Assembly (NCBI GenBank): GCA_029258795.1
Contig: JAPDKB010000007.1
Location: 128,001-192,000 of the forward strand
Direction: 5' to 3'
DNA length: 64,000 bases
DNA from: an archaeon
GTDB lineage: Archaea; EX4484-52; WAPT01
The position numbers and the translations under genes are program-made. Position 1 is the first letter of the stretch, and each line of letters starts with the position of its first letter. The notes beneath the pieces are model-generated. The model saw only the letters and a list, made by a program, of their open reading frames with translations, was not told where the DNA came from and searched no databases. Positions 10,518 to 20,554 of the stretch are shown one piece after another.

Positions 10518-12083
10518 ATGACAAGTTTGGCACGTGCCTGCGCTACAGAAATAGCGGAGAAGATCAGAAATGGTGAGATAAGGACAAAGGAAGAGCTGGA
10601 GGATGTAAAGCGCGTTCTGAGCAAGAAGTGGAATCTCGCTGCACTGATCCGCAACTCCGATATTCTGAAGGTGCTGTCTCCAGAGGAACGGGAGAAGTTC
10701 AAACACCTATTGCTTAAAAGACCCGTGAGAAGCGCTTCCGGAGTGGTGGTTGTGGCCGTGATGACGCCTCCCACAAAATGTCCGGGCACGTGCATTTACT
10801 GTCCTCAGGGTAAGGATGCTCCAAAGAGCTACACCGGCTTTGAGCCTGCAACCATGAGAGCGAAGCAGCTCGGCTATGATGGTTACGAGCAAGTGAAATA
10901 TAGATTGAAGCAGCTTGAATCTATAGGACATGCGGTGCAGAAGGTCGAGCTGATCCTGATGGGTGGTACTTTTCCAGCTTTACCTGCTGAAGAGCAGAGA
11001 ATCTTTGTTAAGAGGTGTTTCGATGCGCTCAACGGCGTTGAAGCAAGCTCGCTTGAGGAAGCGCACAAAATGAATGAGGGGGCAAGGCATAGATGCGTTG
11101 CTCTAACCATAGAAACCAGGCCGGATTATTGCAAGCAGGAGCACATAAACCTCATGCTTGAGCTGGGCACAACGAGAGTTGAGCTTGGTGTGCAGACGCT
11201 TGACGAAAGAGTGCTGGAACTCGTGAAGAGGGGCCACACCATCAGAGATGTTGTGGAGGCAACGCAACTGCTCAAGGATTCCGGTCTGAAAGTTTGCTAT
11301 CACATGATGCCGGGATTGTTCCAGAGCAAGGAGGAAGATGTTGCCATGTTCAAAAAACTCTTCACTGATGAGCGATTCATGCCTGACATGCTGAAGATCT
11401 ACCCCGTGCTTGTAATAGAGGGCACCACACTTTACGATATGTGGAAACGTGGTGAGTTCAAACCGCTAAGCAGTGAGGGGGCTGCCGAGCTCATAGCCGA
11501 GGTGAAGAGATTTGTGCCAGAATGGTGCCGCATTATGAGGGTGCAGCGTGACATTCCAGCCAATCTCATAGTGGATGGGGTCAAAGCAAGCAACCTGAGG
11601 GAGCTTGCGCTTGAGAAAGCAGAAAGGATGGGTGTTAAGTGCAGGTGCATAAGATGCAGGGAAGCCGGGCACAGGTACTACAAGCACGACGTGCTTCCTG
11701 AAAAGCCAGAAGTTGTGGTGAGGGAGTACAGAGCCTCAAAGGGCAGGGAGTTCTTCATAAGCTACGAAGACTTGAGCAATGATGTCCTGCTCGGGTTCTG
11801 CAGGCTGAGGTTTCCTTACAGGCCCTTTAGAGAGGAGCTGAAGGAAAACACGGCCATAGTGAGGGAGCTGAAGGTGTTTGGAGCCGCGCTACCTCTTTCA
11901 GTAAGAAGCGGATTCAGCTTTCAGCACAGAGGTATAGGGAGGATGCTGATGGAAAAGGCCGAGGAAATTGCGAGAGGAGATGGATATGAGAAACTTGCGG
12001 TCATCTCGGCCATTGGCACGAGAGAGTACTACAGAAAGCTCGGATATGAAAGGAGGGGAGCGTATATGGTTAAAGAGCTGTAA
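10518..12083 (+). CDS. elp3: Elp3 radical SAM/GNAT tRNA U34 carboxymethylase
   Basis: CPGTCIYCP, ETRPDY, RVQRDIP, QHRGIG, REYYRKLGY. Confidence 0.96.
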   Translation: MTSLARACATEIAEKIRNGEIRTKEELEDVKRVLSKKWNLAALIRNSDILKVLSPEEREKFKHLLLKRPVRSASGVVVVAVMTPPTKCPGTCIYCPQGKDAPKSYTGFEPATMRAKQLGYDGYEQVKYRLKQLESIGHAVQKVELILMGGTFPALPAEEQRIFVKRCFDALNGVEASSLEEAHKMNEGARHRCVALTIETRPDYCKQEHINLMLELGTTRVELGVQTLDERVLELVKRGHTIRDVVEATQLLKDSGLKVCYHMMPGLFQSKEEDVAMFKKLFTDERFMPDMLKIYPVLVIEGTTLYDMWKRGEFKPLSSEGAAELIAEVKRFVPEWCRIMRVQRDIPANLIVDGVKASNLRELALEKAERMGVKCRCIRCREAGHRYYKHDVLPEKPEVVVREYRASKGREFFISYEDLSNDVLLGFCRLRFPYRPFREELKENTAIVRELKVFGAALPLSVRSGFSFQHRGIGRMLMEKAEEIARGDGYEKLAVISAIGTREYYRKLGYERRGAYMVKEL

Positions 12084-12113
12084 GGAGAAAATTAGATGGT
12101 GTGCTGGCTTCTT

Positions 12114-12542
12114 TCAGCTTCTGTGTTTAAGGTGCTTCTTTACCATCTCCAGAAACTCCTCTGCATCTCTGATTGCTTCCAGCGCATCCACTTTTGAGCA
12201 GATATCTCCTCTGTACTGGATCGCGTGTCTTGAAATTCTGTAGGAATCAAGCACGTTCAAGAAATTGCGGATTTCCTCATTTTCTTTAAGTTTTTCTTTC
12301 AGAAATTCGATCATGGCCAGGTGGCTTCTTTCCTTTACACCAAAAGAAAAGAGCAAGGCCCGTGCAGAGTGGAACATGCTGTTGTAGGCCAGAATGAACG
12401 CGACATCAAAGTATCCAATCTCCACGTTTCCCTTTGCCCTTTCCAGAAATCTCTCCGCGAGCTCCAAGCTCCCTTTGATCTCCTCCTCGCCCACCTTTCC
12501 TTTCTGGAGCAAACCCTCCCGAAAATAATCATCGACACTCAT
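12114..12542 (-). CDS. HEPN-domain protein (toxin-like partner of MNT)
   Basis: AYNSMFHSARALL...G..ERSH, R...QY motif; ATGA-coupled to the upstream MNT. Confidence 0.88.
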   Translation of the reverse strand: MSVDDYFREGLLQKGKVGEEEIKGSLELAERFLERAKGNVEIGYFDVAFILAYNSMFHSARALLFSFGVKERSHLAMIEFLKEKLKENEEIRNFLNVLDSYRISRHAIQYRGDICSKVDALEAIRDAEEFLEMVKKHLKHRS

Positions 12543-13084
12543 AGCTCCGCACCAAAAAGCAAGATGCTGTTGCCTGTAACGGATTGAACAAAAGCATCTT
12601 TTCTCCTTTTCAGGTTTCTCCACTCACCTACAGTGAAAACCTGAATTTTGACTTCTTTCCCAGTCACATTTTCAAGTTCTTTTAATCTATCAAGTTTAAG
12701 CTGTTTTCTTTGAGAAACCACCAATAGATCTATATCGGAACTTTTATCATAAGTTCCGGACGCATGACTACCGTAGAGCAGCACGCTTATCACGCTGTTT
12801 TCTTTCGCAAACTTTAGAATGAATGGATAAATAACATCGACAATGTAAAAGACTTTCAGCTGTCTAGTTAACGCGTTATCGGCCAGAGAGTAAAGGAGCA
12901 GGTTCGCTTTTCTCCTCTCCTCCAGCACTCCTGCCTCCTTGTAAAACTTTAGGTAGTAATTTGCGGTTTGCGGACTCACTCCTATTTTCTTTGCCAATCC
13001 CTGTACGTGAATCTCCCCGCCTTCTCTAAGAAAGAACTCCAGAACTTTCCATCCCCTGAATTTTCTCCATTCCTCGACTATCAT
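12539..13084 (-). CDS. wHTH-minimal nucleotidyltransferase (MNT antitoxin)
   Basis: N-terminal wHTH; LYGSHASG...SDIDLLVV. Confidence 0.9.
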   Translation of the reverse strand: MIVEEWRKFRGWKVLEFFLREGGEIHVQGLAKKIGVSPQTANYYLKFYKEAGVLEERRKANLLLYSLADNALTRQLKVFYIVDVIYPFILKFAKENSVISVLLYGSHASGTYDKSSDIDLLVVSQRKQLKLDRLKELENVTGKEVKIQVFTVGEWRNLKRRKDAFVQSVTGNSILLFGAEL

Positions 13085-13092
13085 GTTAATAA

Positions 13093-13138
13093 ATCATACG
13101 ATTGTATGATATATAAAATTTTCGTTTGATTAATCAAA
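13093..13138. promoter_or_regulatory. Operator palindromes flanking the TATA box of the MNT-HEPN operon
   Basis: ATCATAC-N4-GTATGAT (13093-13110) and TTTGATTAATCAAA (13125-13138) on either side of TTTTATAT (minus strand). Confidence 0.6.
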
Positions 13139-13959
13139 TTGTTCTCCTTCAACTCACATCATTTGAGGGCTGCGATTTCCAAAAACTTTTTAAATTCACA
13201 CGCGGAAATTACCGACTGGTTAAACATCATGTGAGTACTTTTCGGTGGTGTTGTGTGCCCTACAGGGACAGGGTCGAGAAAAGCTTGAAGGAACTGCTGA
13301 AGAAGGGTTTATGGCAGGGTAGATTTGTAAAGAAGAACGAGACCGGCTTCAATAAATATGATGATCAGAAGGGCCGGCAGATTAAGGGTAAAGATTCAGA
13401 TGGAGCTTATACTGTCGTTAAGAGTACTGCAGGTTATTACTCTTTCGGAAAAGACGGAAGCTGGGATAGGTTGTGGGCGGTAATGAGAGTGAAGGAGTAC
13501 GGTAGTGATGGACACTCTACAATCTCTTACATCCCTCATCTTGCTGCTGAAGCTCTGATGAAGAAAGCTCATGATGAGTTTGCCCCGTGGGTTGGGGTTA
13601 AGATCGGGCTGACCGAGCTTGGTTACGTTCCCAAGGAGGTCTATTTGGATGGGAGGAGCGTTAACATCGAGCACCTTTTGATGAAAGATGGGGGTATGGC
13701 AGATGATGTGGAAAGTGTGGATGATATCTACAGCAGGATTGCCGCAGGGCTATCCAAGGTTTGTGAAGAAAGAGATATGAGAGTTAGTGAGGAATTCATG
13801 ACTTACTTCTTTCTGCACCTCAAAAAGTATCTTCAGGAGTACATCATCTCAAGAATTGATGCAGATGCCACGCTCACTCCAGCGGAGCGAGAAAAGTTGA
13901 AAAAGGAAGCTGAAGAGATCATATGGTTCGTTGAAAAGAGAGTGGATAAAGTCTCGTAG
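13126..13959 (+). CDS. Hypothetical protein (true start probably about 13255)
   Basis: Long ORF, no motif recognised. Confidence 0.65.
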   Translation: MINQIVLLQLTSFEGCDFQKLFKFTRGNYRLVKHHVSTFRWCCVPYRDRVEKSLKELLKKGLWQGRFVKKNETGFNKYDDQKGRQIKGKDSDGAYTVVKSTAGYYSFGKDGSWDRLWAVMRVKEYGSDGHSTISYIPHLAAEALMKKAHDEFAPWVGVKIGLTELGYVPKEVYLDGRSVNIEHLLMKDGGMADDVESVDDIYSRIAAGLSKVCEERDMRVSEEFMTYFFLHLKKYLQEYIISRIDADATLTPAEREKLKKEAEEIIWFVEKRVDKVS

Positions 13960-14075
13960 TCAATTCCGGAGTTCTGATTGCTTACCCTGCAAAGAACATA
14001 TAAATTTTTTCCGCAACACACGTTAATGTGTCCTGCTGGCTAAGAAGGCATGCTGGTGTAACGTGGTGAAAGAAA

Positions 14076-16532
14076 ATGGTTGAGATGCCGAAGAGGTATG
14101 ATCCTCACGAAGCGGAGAAAAAATGGATGGAGTACTGGGAAAAGGAAGGCATCTTCAGGTTTGACCCAAAGGTAAAGGAGAGAGATAAGATCTTTGCGAT
14201 AGATACACCACCGCCGACCGTTTCCGGCAGCATCCACATGGGTCATGCTTTCGGGTTTTCTCAGGCGGACTTTATCGCGAGATACAAGAAGATGCGAGGC
14301 TACAATTTGTTCTATCCGTTTGGCTATGATGATAATGGGCTTGCCACAGAGCTCTTCGTGAGGAAGGTTAAGGGCATCCTTCCGAGAGATATGAGCAGGG
14401 AAGAGTACGTAAAGATGGTGCTTGAAGTTACGGAGGAAGCGGAGAAGGAGTTCGAGAAGCTGTTCAGAAGGATGGCGATGGCATTTGACTGGACTCTGGT
14501 TTACAGAACCATCTCGCCTGAGGTAACAAGGATGAGTCAGCTGAGCTTCATAGAGCTTTACGAAATGGGCAGAGCGTACAGAAAGGAAGACGTGACCATC
14601 TGGTGCCCCTCCTGCGAGACGGCCATAGCTCAGGTTGAGATGGAGGATAAGAAAGAGAGGGCAAAGCTCTACTACATTCAGTTCGATGTGGAGGGTGGTG
14701 AGAAGATAACGATAGCCACAACAAGACCTGAGCTCATGCCCGCCTGTGTAGCTATCTACGTCCATCCTGAGGATGAAAGGTACAAACATCTGGTTGGTAA
14801 GGAAGCCAAGCTACCGATCTTTGGAAGGGAAGTGCCGATCATGGCAAATGAGGATGTGGACATGGAGTACGGCACGGGAGTTGTTTACCACTGCACATTC
14901 GGAGATTATGCTGATATAGAGTGGGCCAGAGCGTTTAACACCGACATAATCATAGTCATAGATGAGCAGGGCAGGATGAATGAAAAAGCGGGCAAGTATG
15001 CTGGCCTCACGATCAGGGAAGCGAGGGAAAAGATAATCGAGGATCTGAAAGCAGAAGGGCGGGTGGTGAAGGAGGAAGATGTTGAGCATGTTGTTAACGT
15101 GCATGAAAGGTGCGGCACGCCCATAGAATTCCGCGTTACAAAGCAGTGGTTCATAAAGTATCTGGACTTAAAGGACAAGTGGCTTGAGCTGGGAAGGGAG
15201 CTGAAGTGGTATCCTGAGCATATGCGCACGAGGTATGAGAACTGGGTTAAAGGTTTGAAGTGGGACTGGTGCATCTCCAGGCAGCGTAAATTCGGTGTGC
15301 CTTTCCCTGTCTGGTACTGCAAGAAGTGTGGAGAAATAATTGTGGCAAAGAGGGAGCAGCTTCCTGTTGATCCCTTCAGGGACAAGCCGCTGGAGCCGTG
15401 TCCCAAGTGCGGGAGCACCGAGTTCGAGCCGGAGCGGGATGTGATGGACACGTGGGCAACATCATCCATCACCCCCCTCATAAACGCTAAATGGGAGGGT
15501 GATGGTAAAGGCGAGCTGATGGATGCCATCTATCCCATGGATCTCAGACCTCAGGGGCACGACATCATTTCCTTCTGGCTGTTCAACACCATCGTGAAAT
15601 GCTACCTGCACACGGGCAAGCTGCCGTGGAAGGTTACCATGATAAACGGTCATGCTTTAGATCCGCACGGAAGGAAGATGAGCAAGAGCAAGGGCAACGT
15701 CATAGACCCGCGGGACATAATGGACAGGTACTGTGCTGATGCTCTGCGTTACTGGGCTGCCGGAACAAAGCTTGGAGATGATCTGCCATTCCAGGAGAAG
15801 GATGTGCAGACCGGCATGCAGCTGATAAACAAGCTGTGGAACGCTTCGCGCTTCGTGCTGAAGCAGCTGGAAGGATACGAGCCGGAAAAGCTGGAAAGTG
15901 TGGTAAGGGCTGAGGATGCATGGCTACTTGCAAAACTTCATGATGTGATAACTCAAGTTACGGATCTGTTCGAGAACTATGAATACGCAAAAGCGAGAAA
16001 GCTTGTGGAGCAGTTCTTCTGGCATGATTTCTGCGACAACTATCTGGAGATGGTGAAGCAGAGGCTGTACAACAGGGATGAGTACGATGAAGCCACCATC
16101 AGGAGCGCGCAGTACTGCCTGTACCACGGTTTGCTTGCCGTGCTCAAGATGCTTGCTCCGATCATGCCCTACATAACTGAAGAGATTTACTCCTATTACT
16201 TCAGGGAGAGGGAGGGTATGAAGAGCATCCATGCTTCAAGCTGGCCTGAAGCTGAGGACTGGTGGAAGGATGAAAAGGCCGCAACTAGGGGAGATGTGAT
16301 CGTGGAGCTTCTCTCAGCCATAAGGCAGTTCAAGAACCAGAACCGCATGCCTTTGAACGCTGAGATCTCGCGCCTGATAATTCCCGCTGAGCTAAAGGAC
16401 GTGTGCGAAGAATTTGAAGCATGCATAAAGGAGACCGCAAAAGTTAAAGGAATAGAGTACGGTGATGTGGAGGAGGGCTCAGCCACCTTCACAGCCGGTG
16501 AGAAAACCTACAGCATAGTTATCGAGGTTTAG
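14076..16532 (+). CDS. valS: Valyl-tRNA synthetase
   Basis: PPPTVSGSIHMGH, ATTRPE, DWCISRQR, KMSKS. Confidence 0.97.
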   Translation: MVEMPKRYDPHEAEKKWMEYWEKEGIFRFDPKVKERDKIFAIDTPPPTVSGSIHMGHAFGFSQADFIARYKKMRGYNLFYPFGYDDNGLATELFVRKVKGILPRDMSREEYVKMVLEVTEEAEKEFEKLFRRMAMAFDWTLVYRTISPEVTRMSQLSFIELYEMGRAYRKEDVTIWCPSCETAIAQVEMEDKKERAKLYYIQFDVEGGEKITIATTRPELMPACVAIYVHPEDERYKHLVGKEAKLPIFGREVPIMANEDVDMEYGTGVVYHCTFGDYADIEWARAFNTDIIIVIDEQGRMNEKAGKYAGLTIREAREKIIEDLKAEGRVVKEEDVEHVVNVHERCGTPIEFRVTKQWFIKYLDLKDKWLELGRELKWYPEHMRTRYENWVKGLKWDWCISRQRKFGVPFPVWYCKKCGEIIVAKREQLPVDPFRDKPLEPCPKCGSTEFEPERDVMDTWATSSITPLINAKWEGDGKGELMDAIYPMDLRPQGHDIISFWLFNTIVKCYLHTGKLPWKVTMINGHALDPHGRKMSKSKGNVIDPRDIMDRYCADALRYWAAGTKLGDDLPFQEKDVQTGMQLINKLWNASRFVLKQLEGYEPEKLESVVRAEDAWLLAKLHDVITQVTDLFENYEYAKARKLVEQFFWHDFCDNYLEMVKQRLYNRDEYDEATIRSAQYCLYHGLLAVLKMLAPIMPYITEEIYSYYFREREGMKSIHASSWPEAEDWWKDEKAATRGDVIVELLSAIRQFKNQNRMPLNAEISRLIIPAELKDVCEEFEACIKETAKVKGIEYGDVEEGSATFTAGEKTYSIVIEV

Positions 16533-16551
16533 ATGAGCTGACTTCTCGGAG

Positions 16552-17772
16552 GTGGTAGTATTTAGCGAGGTTATGAGCAGAAAGGAGCTGAAGAAACTGC
16601 TGGACGAGCTCAGCAAGATAAGGGGGAGAGGCACGCAACTCGTTTCCGTCTACATTCCTGCTGGCTACAACATAAACGAAATAGCGAACATGATAAGCTC
16701 GGAGATAAGCACCGCCGAAAACATCAAATCCAAGACCACAAGAAAGAACGTCATCGCTGCTCTTGAAAAAATCGCGCAACGTCTCAAATACTACCAGAAG
16801 ACTCCAGAGACGGGGCTTGTCATTTTTTGCGGGAACGTTGCGGAGAGAGAAGGCGAGACTGATCTGAGGATCTGGGAGATAGTGCCTCCTGAGCCGTTGA
16901 AAGTGCGAATTTACAGGTGTGACCAGACGTTTGTCATTGACCCTCTCAAGCACATGGTGAGGGAAAAGGAGGTTTATGGTCTCGTGACGGTTGATAAAAG
17001 TGAAGCGGCTGTTGGTTTCCTGAGGGGGAGCCACATACAGGTTTACAAAAAGCTTGACTCCCTCGTGCCGCCAAAAACGAAAGCAGGCGGGCAATCAGCG
17101 CAGCGTTTTGAGCGTGTCAGGGAAGGACTGCTGCTCTCCTTTCTGAAGGAGGTTGCGGAGGTTGCTGCTTCCGCTTTCAGAAACGAGGAGGATCTGAAAG
17201 GAATACTCGTTGGCGGGCCGGGCCCGATCAAGGAAAAGTTCGTGAATGAGATACTTCCGCAGGATCTTAAGGATAAGGTGATAGCGATAAAGGATACCAG
17301 CTATTCTGGCACGGAAGCGCTGGAGGAGCTGGTGGAAAGGGCTGAAGACGAGCTTAAGGATGCGAAGGTCTCCAAGGAGAAAGCTGTGCTGAAAAGGTTC
17401 TTCCTGCAGCTTGCGAAGGATACCGGGCTAGCTGTATACGGCCTGCAGGAAACGATGAACGCGCTGCAGCTTGGAGCGCTGGAAGTGCTGATAGTGAGTG
17501 AAGATGCTCCTTATCGGGCTGTGAAGATAAGATGTCCTTCGTGTGGGTTCGAGGAGGAGAAGATAGTAAGGAAGGATGAAAAGCTTCCAGAGATGTGCGA
17601 GAAGTGCGGCACAACGCTTGAAATTGAGGAGATCATGCTGGAGGACTATTTTGAAAAGCTGGCCAGAGAATGGAGCACGGAAGTGGTGGTTGTTTCCTCA
17701 TCAACTCAGGAGGGTGCGCAATTTCTGAGCTTGGGCGGAGTTGGAGGCATCCTGAGGTACAGGTTGGAGTGA
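16552..17772 (+). CDS. prf1: Peptide chain release factor aRF1
   Basis: NIKS, YRCD, GGQS motifs; C-terminal Zn ribbon. Confidence 0.97.
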   Translation: MVVFSEVMSRKELKKLLDELSKIRGRGTQLVSVYIPAGYNINEIANMISSEISTAENIKSKTTRKNVIAALEKIAQRLKYYQKTPETGLVIFCGNVAEREGETDLRIWEIVPPEPLKVRIYRCDQTFVIDPLKHMVREKEVYGLVTVDKSEAAVGFLRGSHIQVYKKLDSLVPPKTKAGGQSAQRFERVREGLLLSFLKEVAEVAASAFRNEEDLKGILVGGPGPIKEKFVNEILPQDLKDKVIAIKDTSYSGTEALEELVERAEDELKDAKVSKEKAVLKRFFLQLAKDTGLAVYGLQETMNALQLGALEVLIVSEDAPYRAVKIRCPSCGFEEEKIVRKDEKLPEMCEKCGTTLEIEEIMLEDYFEKLAREWSTEVVVVSSSTQEGAQFLSLGGVGGILRYRLE

Positions 17773-17836
17773 TCAGGTAGGGTTGATTCTGCCAACAGGA
17801 AAAAATTTAAATATTCCAAAAAATATCCTACCAAAC

Positions 17837-19060
17837 ATGGAGTATTATCCAAGAATAGTAGAGCAAAAACTGGAGAAGTGGCTGGGTAGAAGGGAAATCA
17901 TAATTTTAAAAGGGCCCAGACAGGCCGGGAAAACGACACTGCTTTTGCATTTAAAAGAAAGATTGGGCGGTAATTATTTCACTCTGGAGGATCCCGAGGT
18001 GCTGAGATCATTTGAGGAACATCCTAAAGAATTCGTGAGGAGGTTCAAAGGCAACATCTTTCTGGATGAAGTTCAGTATGCGAGAAATGCTGGAAGGATT
18101 TTGAAATTGATTTATGATCTGTTCCCGGACATCAAGCTTTTTGTGAGTGGTTCTGGCTCGTTCGATATCAAAGTTCCTGTAATGAAATACTTGGTGGGGA
18201 GGGCGATCACCTTTGAGCTATTCCCGCTCACCTTTGAAGAATTCGTACTGTGGAAAGCGCGAGACCTTCATGACTTTCATAAAGAATTTAGAGCAGCGCT
18301 GATGAGATTCATGGACGGAGAGGAGTATGATGTCGAGCCCGCGTTTGATGATGAGTTTCAAAAACTTTTGGAGGAGTACATAATTTACGGTGGGTATCCC
18401 GCGGTGGTTAAGGAGGAAGATGCGGAAATCAAGGTACAGCTGCTCAAATCCTTAATGCAAGCGTATCTTGAAAAAGACGTATTTTTCTTTTTCGATATTC
18501 GACACCTTGAAAAGTTCAGAGATGTCATGAATTTTTTATCCTTCAACACCGGAAACCTGCTCGAGCCCAATACTGTGGCAAGCTCGCTTTCTCTGGATAT
18601 AAGGACGTTATGGCACTACATCACCGTCCTTGAGAACACGTACATAATCAAGCTTGTGAGGCCGTTTTTCAGGAATGTCTCCACAGAGCTCCGAAAAAGA
18701 AGAAAGGTATATTTCCACGACACCGGCTTGAGGAACGCGATACTGTCGAACTTCACCCCTCTTCAGACGAGAACAGATAAGGGCAAACTACTTGAGAACC
18801 ACATATTCATACAGCTACGAGAGATGGGTGAGTTGAGGTACTGGAGAACGAAAGGTAAAGCGGAGGTGGATTTCGTTTTGATGAGAAACGGTAAAATCGT
18901 ACCGATTGAAGTCAAATCATTCGGTAAGGTTAAGAGGGGTTTCCTCAGCTTCTTGAAGACCTACAGACCGGAGAGAGCAATCGTATTTTCAGAAAGGGAG
19001 TACGGAACGAAAAAAGTGGATAAAACGGAGGTGCTGTTCATACCACACTGGATGATCTGA
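17837..19060 (+). CDS. AAA+ ATPase with DUF4143 / PD-(D/E)xK C-terminus
   Basis: GPRQAGKT, FLDEVQ, YGGYP, DTGLRN, EVDF...PIEVK. Confidence 0.9.
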   Translation: MEYYPRIVEQKLEKWLGRREIIILKGPRQAGKTTLLLHLKERLGGNYFTLEDPEVLRSFEEHPKEFVRRFKGNIFLDEVQYARNAGRILKLIYDLFPDIKLFVSGSGSFDIKVPVMKYLVGRAITFELFPLTFEEFVLWKARDLHDFHKEFRAALMRFMDGEEYDVEPAFDDEFQKLLEEYIIYGGYPAVVKEEDAEIKVQLLKSLMQAYLEKDVFFFFDIRHLEKFRDVMNFLSFNTGNLLEPNTVASSLSLDIRTLWHYITVLENTYIIKLVRPFFRNVSTELRKRRKVYFHDTGLRNAILSNFTPLQTRTDKGKLLENHIFIQLREMGELRYWRTKGKAEVDFVLMRNGKIVPIEVKSFGKVKRGFLSFLKTYRPERAIVFSEREYGTKKVDKTEVLFIPHWMI

Positions 19061-19065
19061 TAAAG

Positions 19066-19593
19066 TCACTTCTTTTCCGCACCCTTCGTTTTCTTCCTTG
19101 CGGTACGAGTACTACGCCCTGTGCTGAACGGCTCCTTGCCGAGGTCTATGACATAATCGGCAGCGTGCTGCAGAGCTTTTGAAAACGCTGGTTCCCTCCC
19201 GATTATTATCACTTCCTTCCCATGTTCTTTTGCTTTGTGCACCAGCGGCAGGAAGTCGGCATCTCTGGTTGCTATTGCCACAATATCTATATCCTTTCTG
19301 TGCACCGCTTCCATGCACTCAACCGCCATGTAAACATCGACATCCGCGGTTTCATCCTTCATCTTGCTCATGCCGATGACCGGCTCGAATCCTTCATTGG
19401 CTACAGCTTCTATCAACTTTTCCGGAGCATATTGGTTTAGAAAGGCCTTCGCTATCACCACCTTTCCGTACTTCTCCAGCTCGTTCTTAAGTTTCTGCAA
19501 ATTCACCTTGAACTCCTTGCGGAGAATGTTCGGCCCATCGATAAAGACGGCTATGCGTTTTCTCCTTCTGAATAACGGACTCATAAAATTCAC
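19066..19593 (-). CDS. NYN-domain protein (TIGR00288-like)
   Basis: FIDGPN, DVDV, TRDADF, ADY. Confidence 0.9.
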   Translation of the reverse strand: MNFMSPLFRRRKRIAVFIDGPNILRKEFKVNLQKLKNELEKYGKVVIAKAFLNQYAPEKLIEAVANEGFEPVIGMSKMKDETADVDVYMAVECMEAVHRKDIDIVAIATRDADFLPLVHKAKEHGKEVIIIGREPAFSKALQHAADYVIDLGKEPFSTGRSTRTARKKTKGAEKK

Positions 19594-19618
19594 CCGGAGA
19601 ATGGTAAGGATGGAATCT

Positions 19619-20554
19619 TTATATTAGTATGGTGCTCACCGCTCGCATGCACTCTTCAAGATTCGTTACCGCTTTCGGCGTGTCAGCTCGCGAGTGATAC
19701 ACCTCCATCACCTGCCTGAAAGAGCCGAAGATTCCGGTGGCTTTGTTGAGGAAAGAATTGTCTCTCAGCCATAGCGCATCCCTGATCATCTCTCTGTCTC
19801 TTGTTATTTCCACTCCGCCCCTCCCGATGCAATCCACAACCACGATGCTTTTTGCTTGTTCCATCACATCTCTGAACTCCCTCTCAAGAGCTCTGTAGCC
19901 GTAGCACCAGTAAATCTTTTCATGGCTCACCTCCTCTGACCCGGCAAGCAGGATCAAGCTGTCCTTCAGATTTGCGTGCTTGGCCATGTGGATCAGTAAT
20001 GCTGCTGCCAGTCCGTTATCAATGGCACCACCCCACCATGAATCGTAGTGTGCCACGATGATCTTCTCCGGATTTTCCGTGTTGCCCACCATGATGTTCT
20101 CCTGCCTGTACGCTTTCCAGCTGAGCTTTATGCTGCCCTCCACATCTTTTGCTTTCAGGATGGTGTGCGCATCCCTCCATCTTATGGCAAGGGCTGGAGC
20201 GCTGTAAAAGGTGAATTTGGATACATCCCTGCAGTACGGGTTGTAGTTGAAGTTCGGTTTTCTGTAGTTGGTGGAGTAGCTGTGCTTGAGAGCGTTCACC
20301 ACCCGTTTTTCCCTTATCCTGCCCGAAACCAAGCTTGAGGGAAGGCAGGGCAGCTGTTTTCCATCAACCCACAGCTCATAGCGAGTGAAAACCGGATACC
20401 TGACTCTGTACCGCTGCACCTCAAAGCCCACATTTTGTTTCCTCAGCTTCTCCTTTATGAGCTCCGCCGCTTTTTGCTCGTTCTCCCAGAGGCGAGGAGC
20501 AAGCTTGCAAAGCTCCTCCAGAGTTCTCATCACCTCAGCTTTTTCAATCCTCAT
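19619..20554 (-). CDS. M28-family metallopeptidase
   Basis: AHYDS, GAIDN, GSEE, YHSRADT. Confidence 0.85.
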   Translation of the reverse strand: MRIEKAEVMRTLEELCKLAPRLWENEQKAAELIKEKLRKQNVGFEVQRYRVRYPVFTRYELWVDGKQLPCLPSSLVSGRIREKRVVNALKHSYSTNYRKPNFNYNPYCRDVSKFTFYSAPALAIRWRDAHTILKAKDVEGSIKLSWKAYRQENIMVGNTENPEKIIVAHYDSWWGGAIDNGLAAALLIHMAKHANLKDSLILLAGSEEVSHEKIYWCYGYRALEREFRDVMEQAKSIVVVDCIGRGGVEITRDREMIRDALWLRDNSFLNKATGIFGSFRQVMEVYHSRADTPKAVTNLEECMRAVSTILI

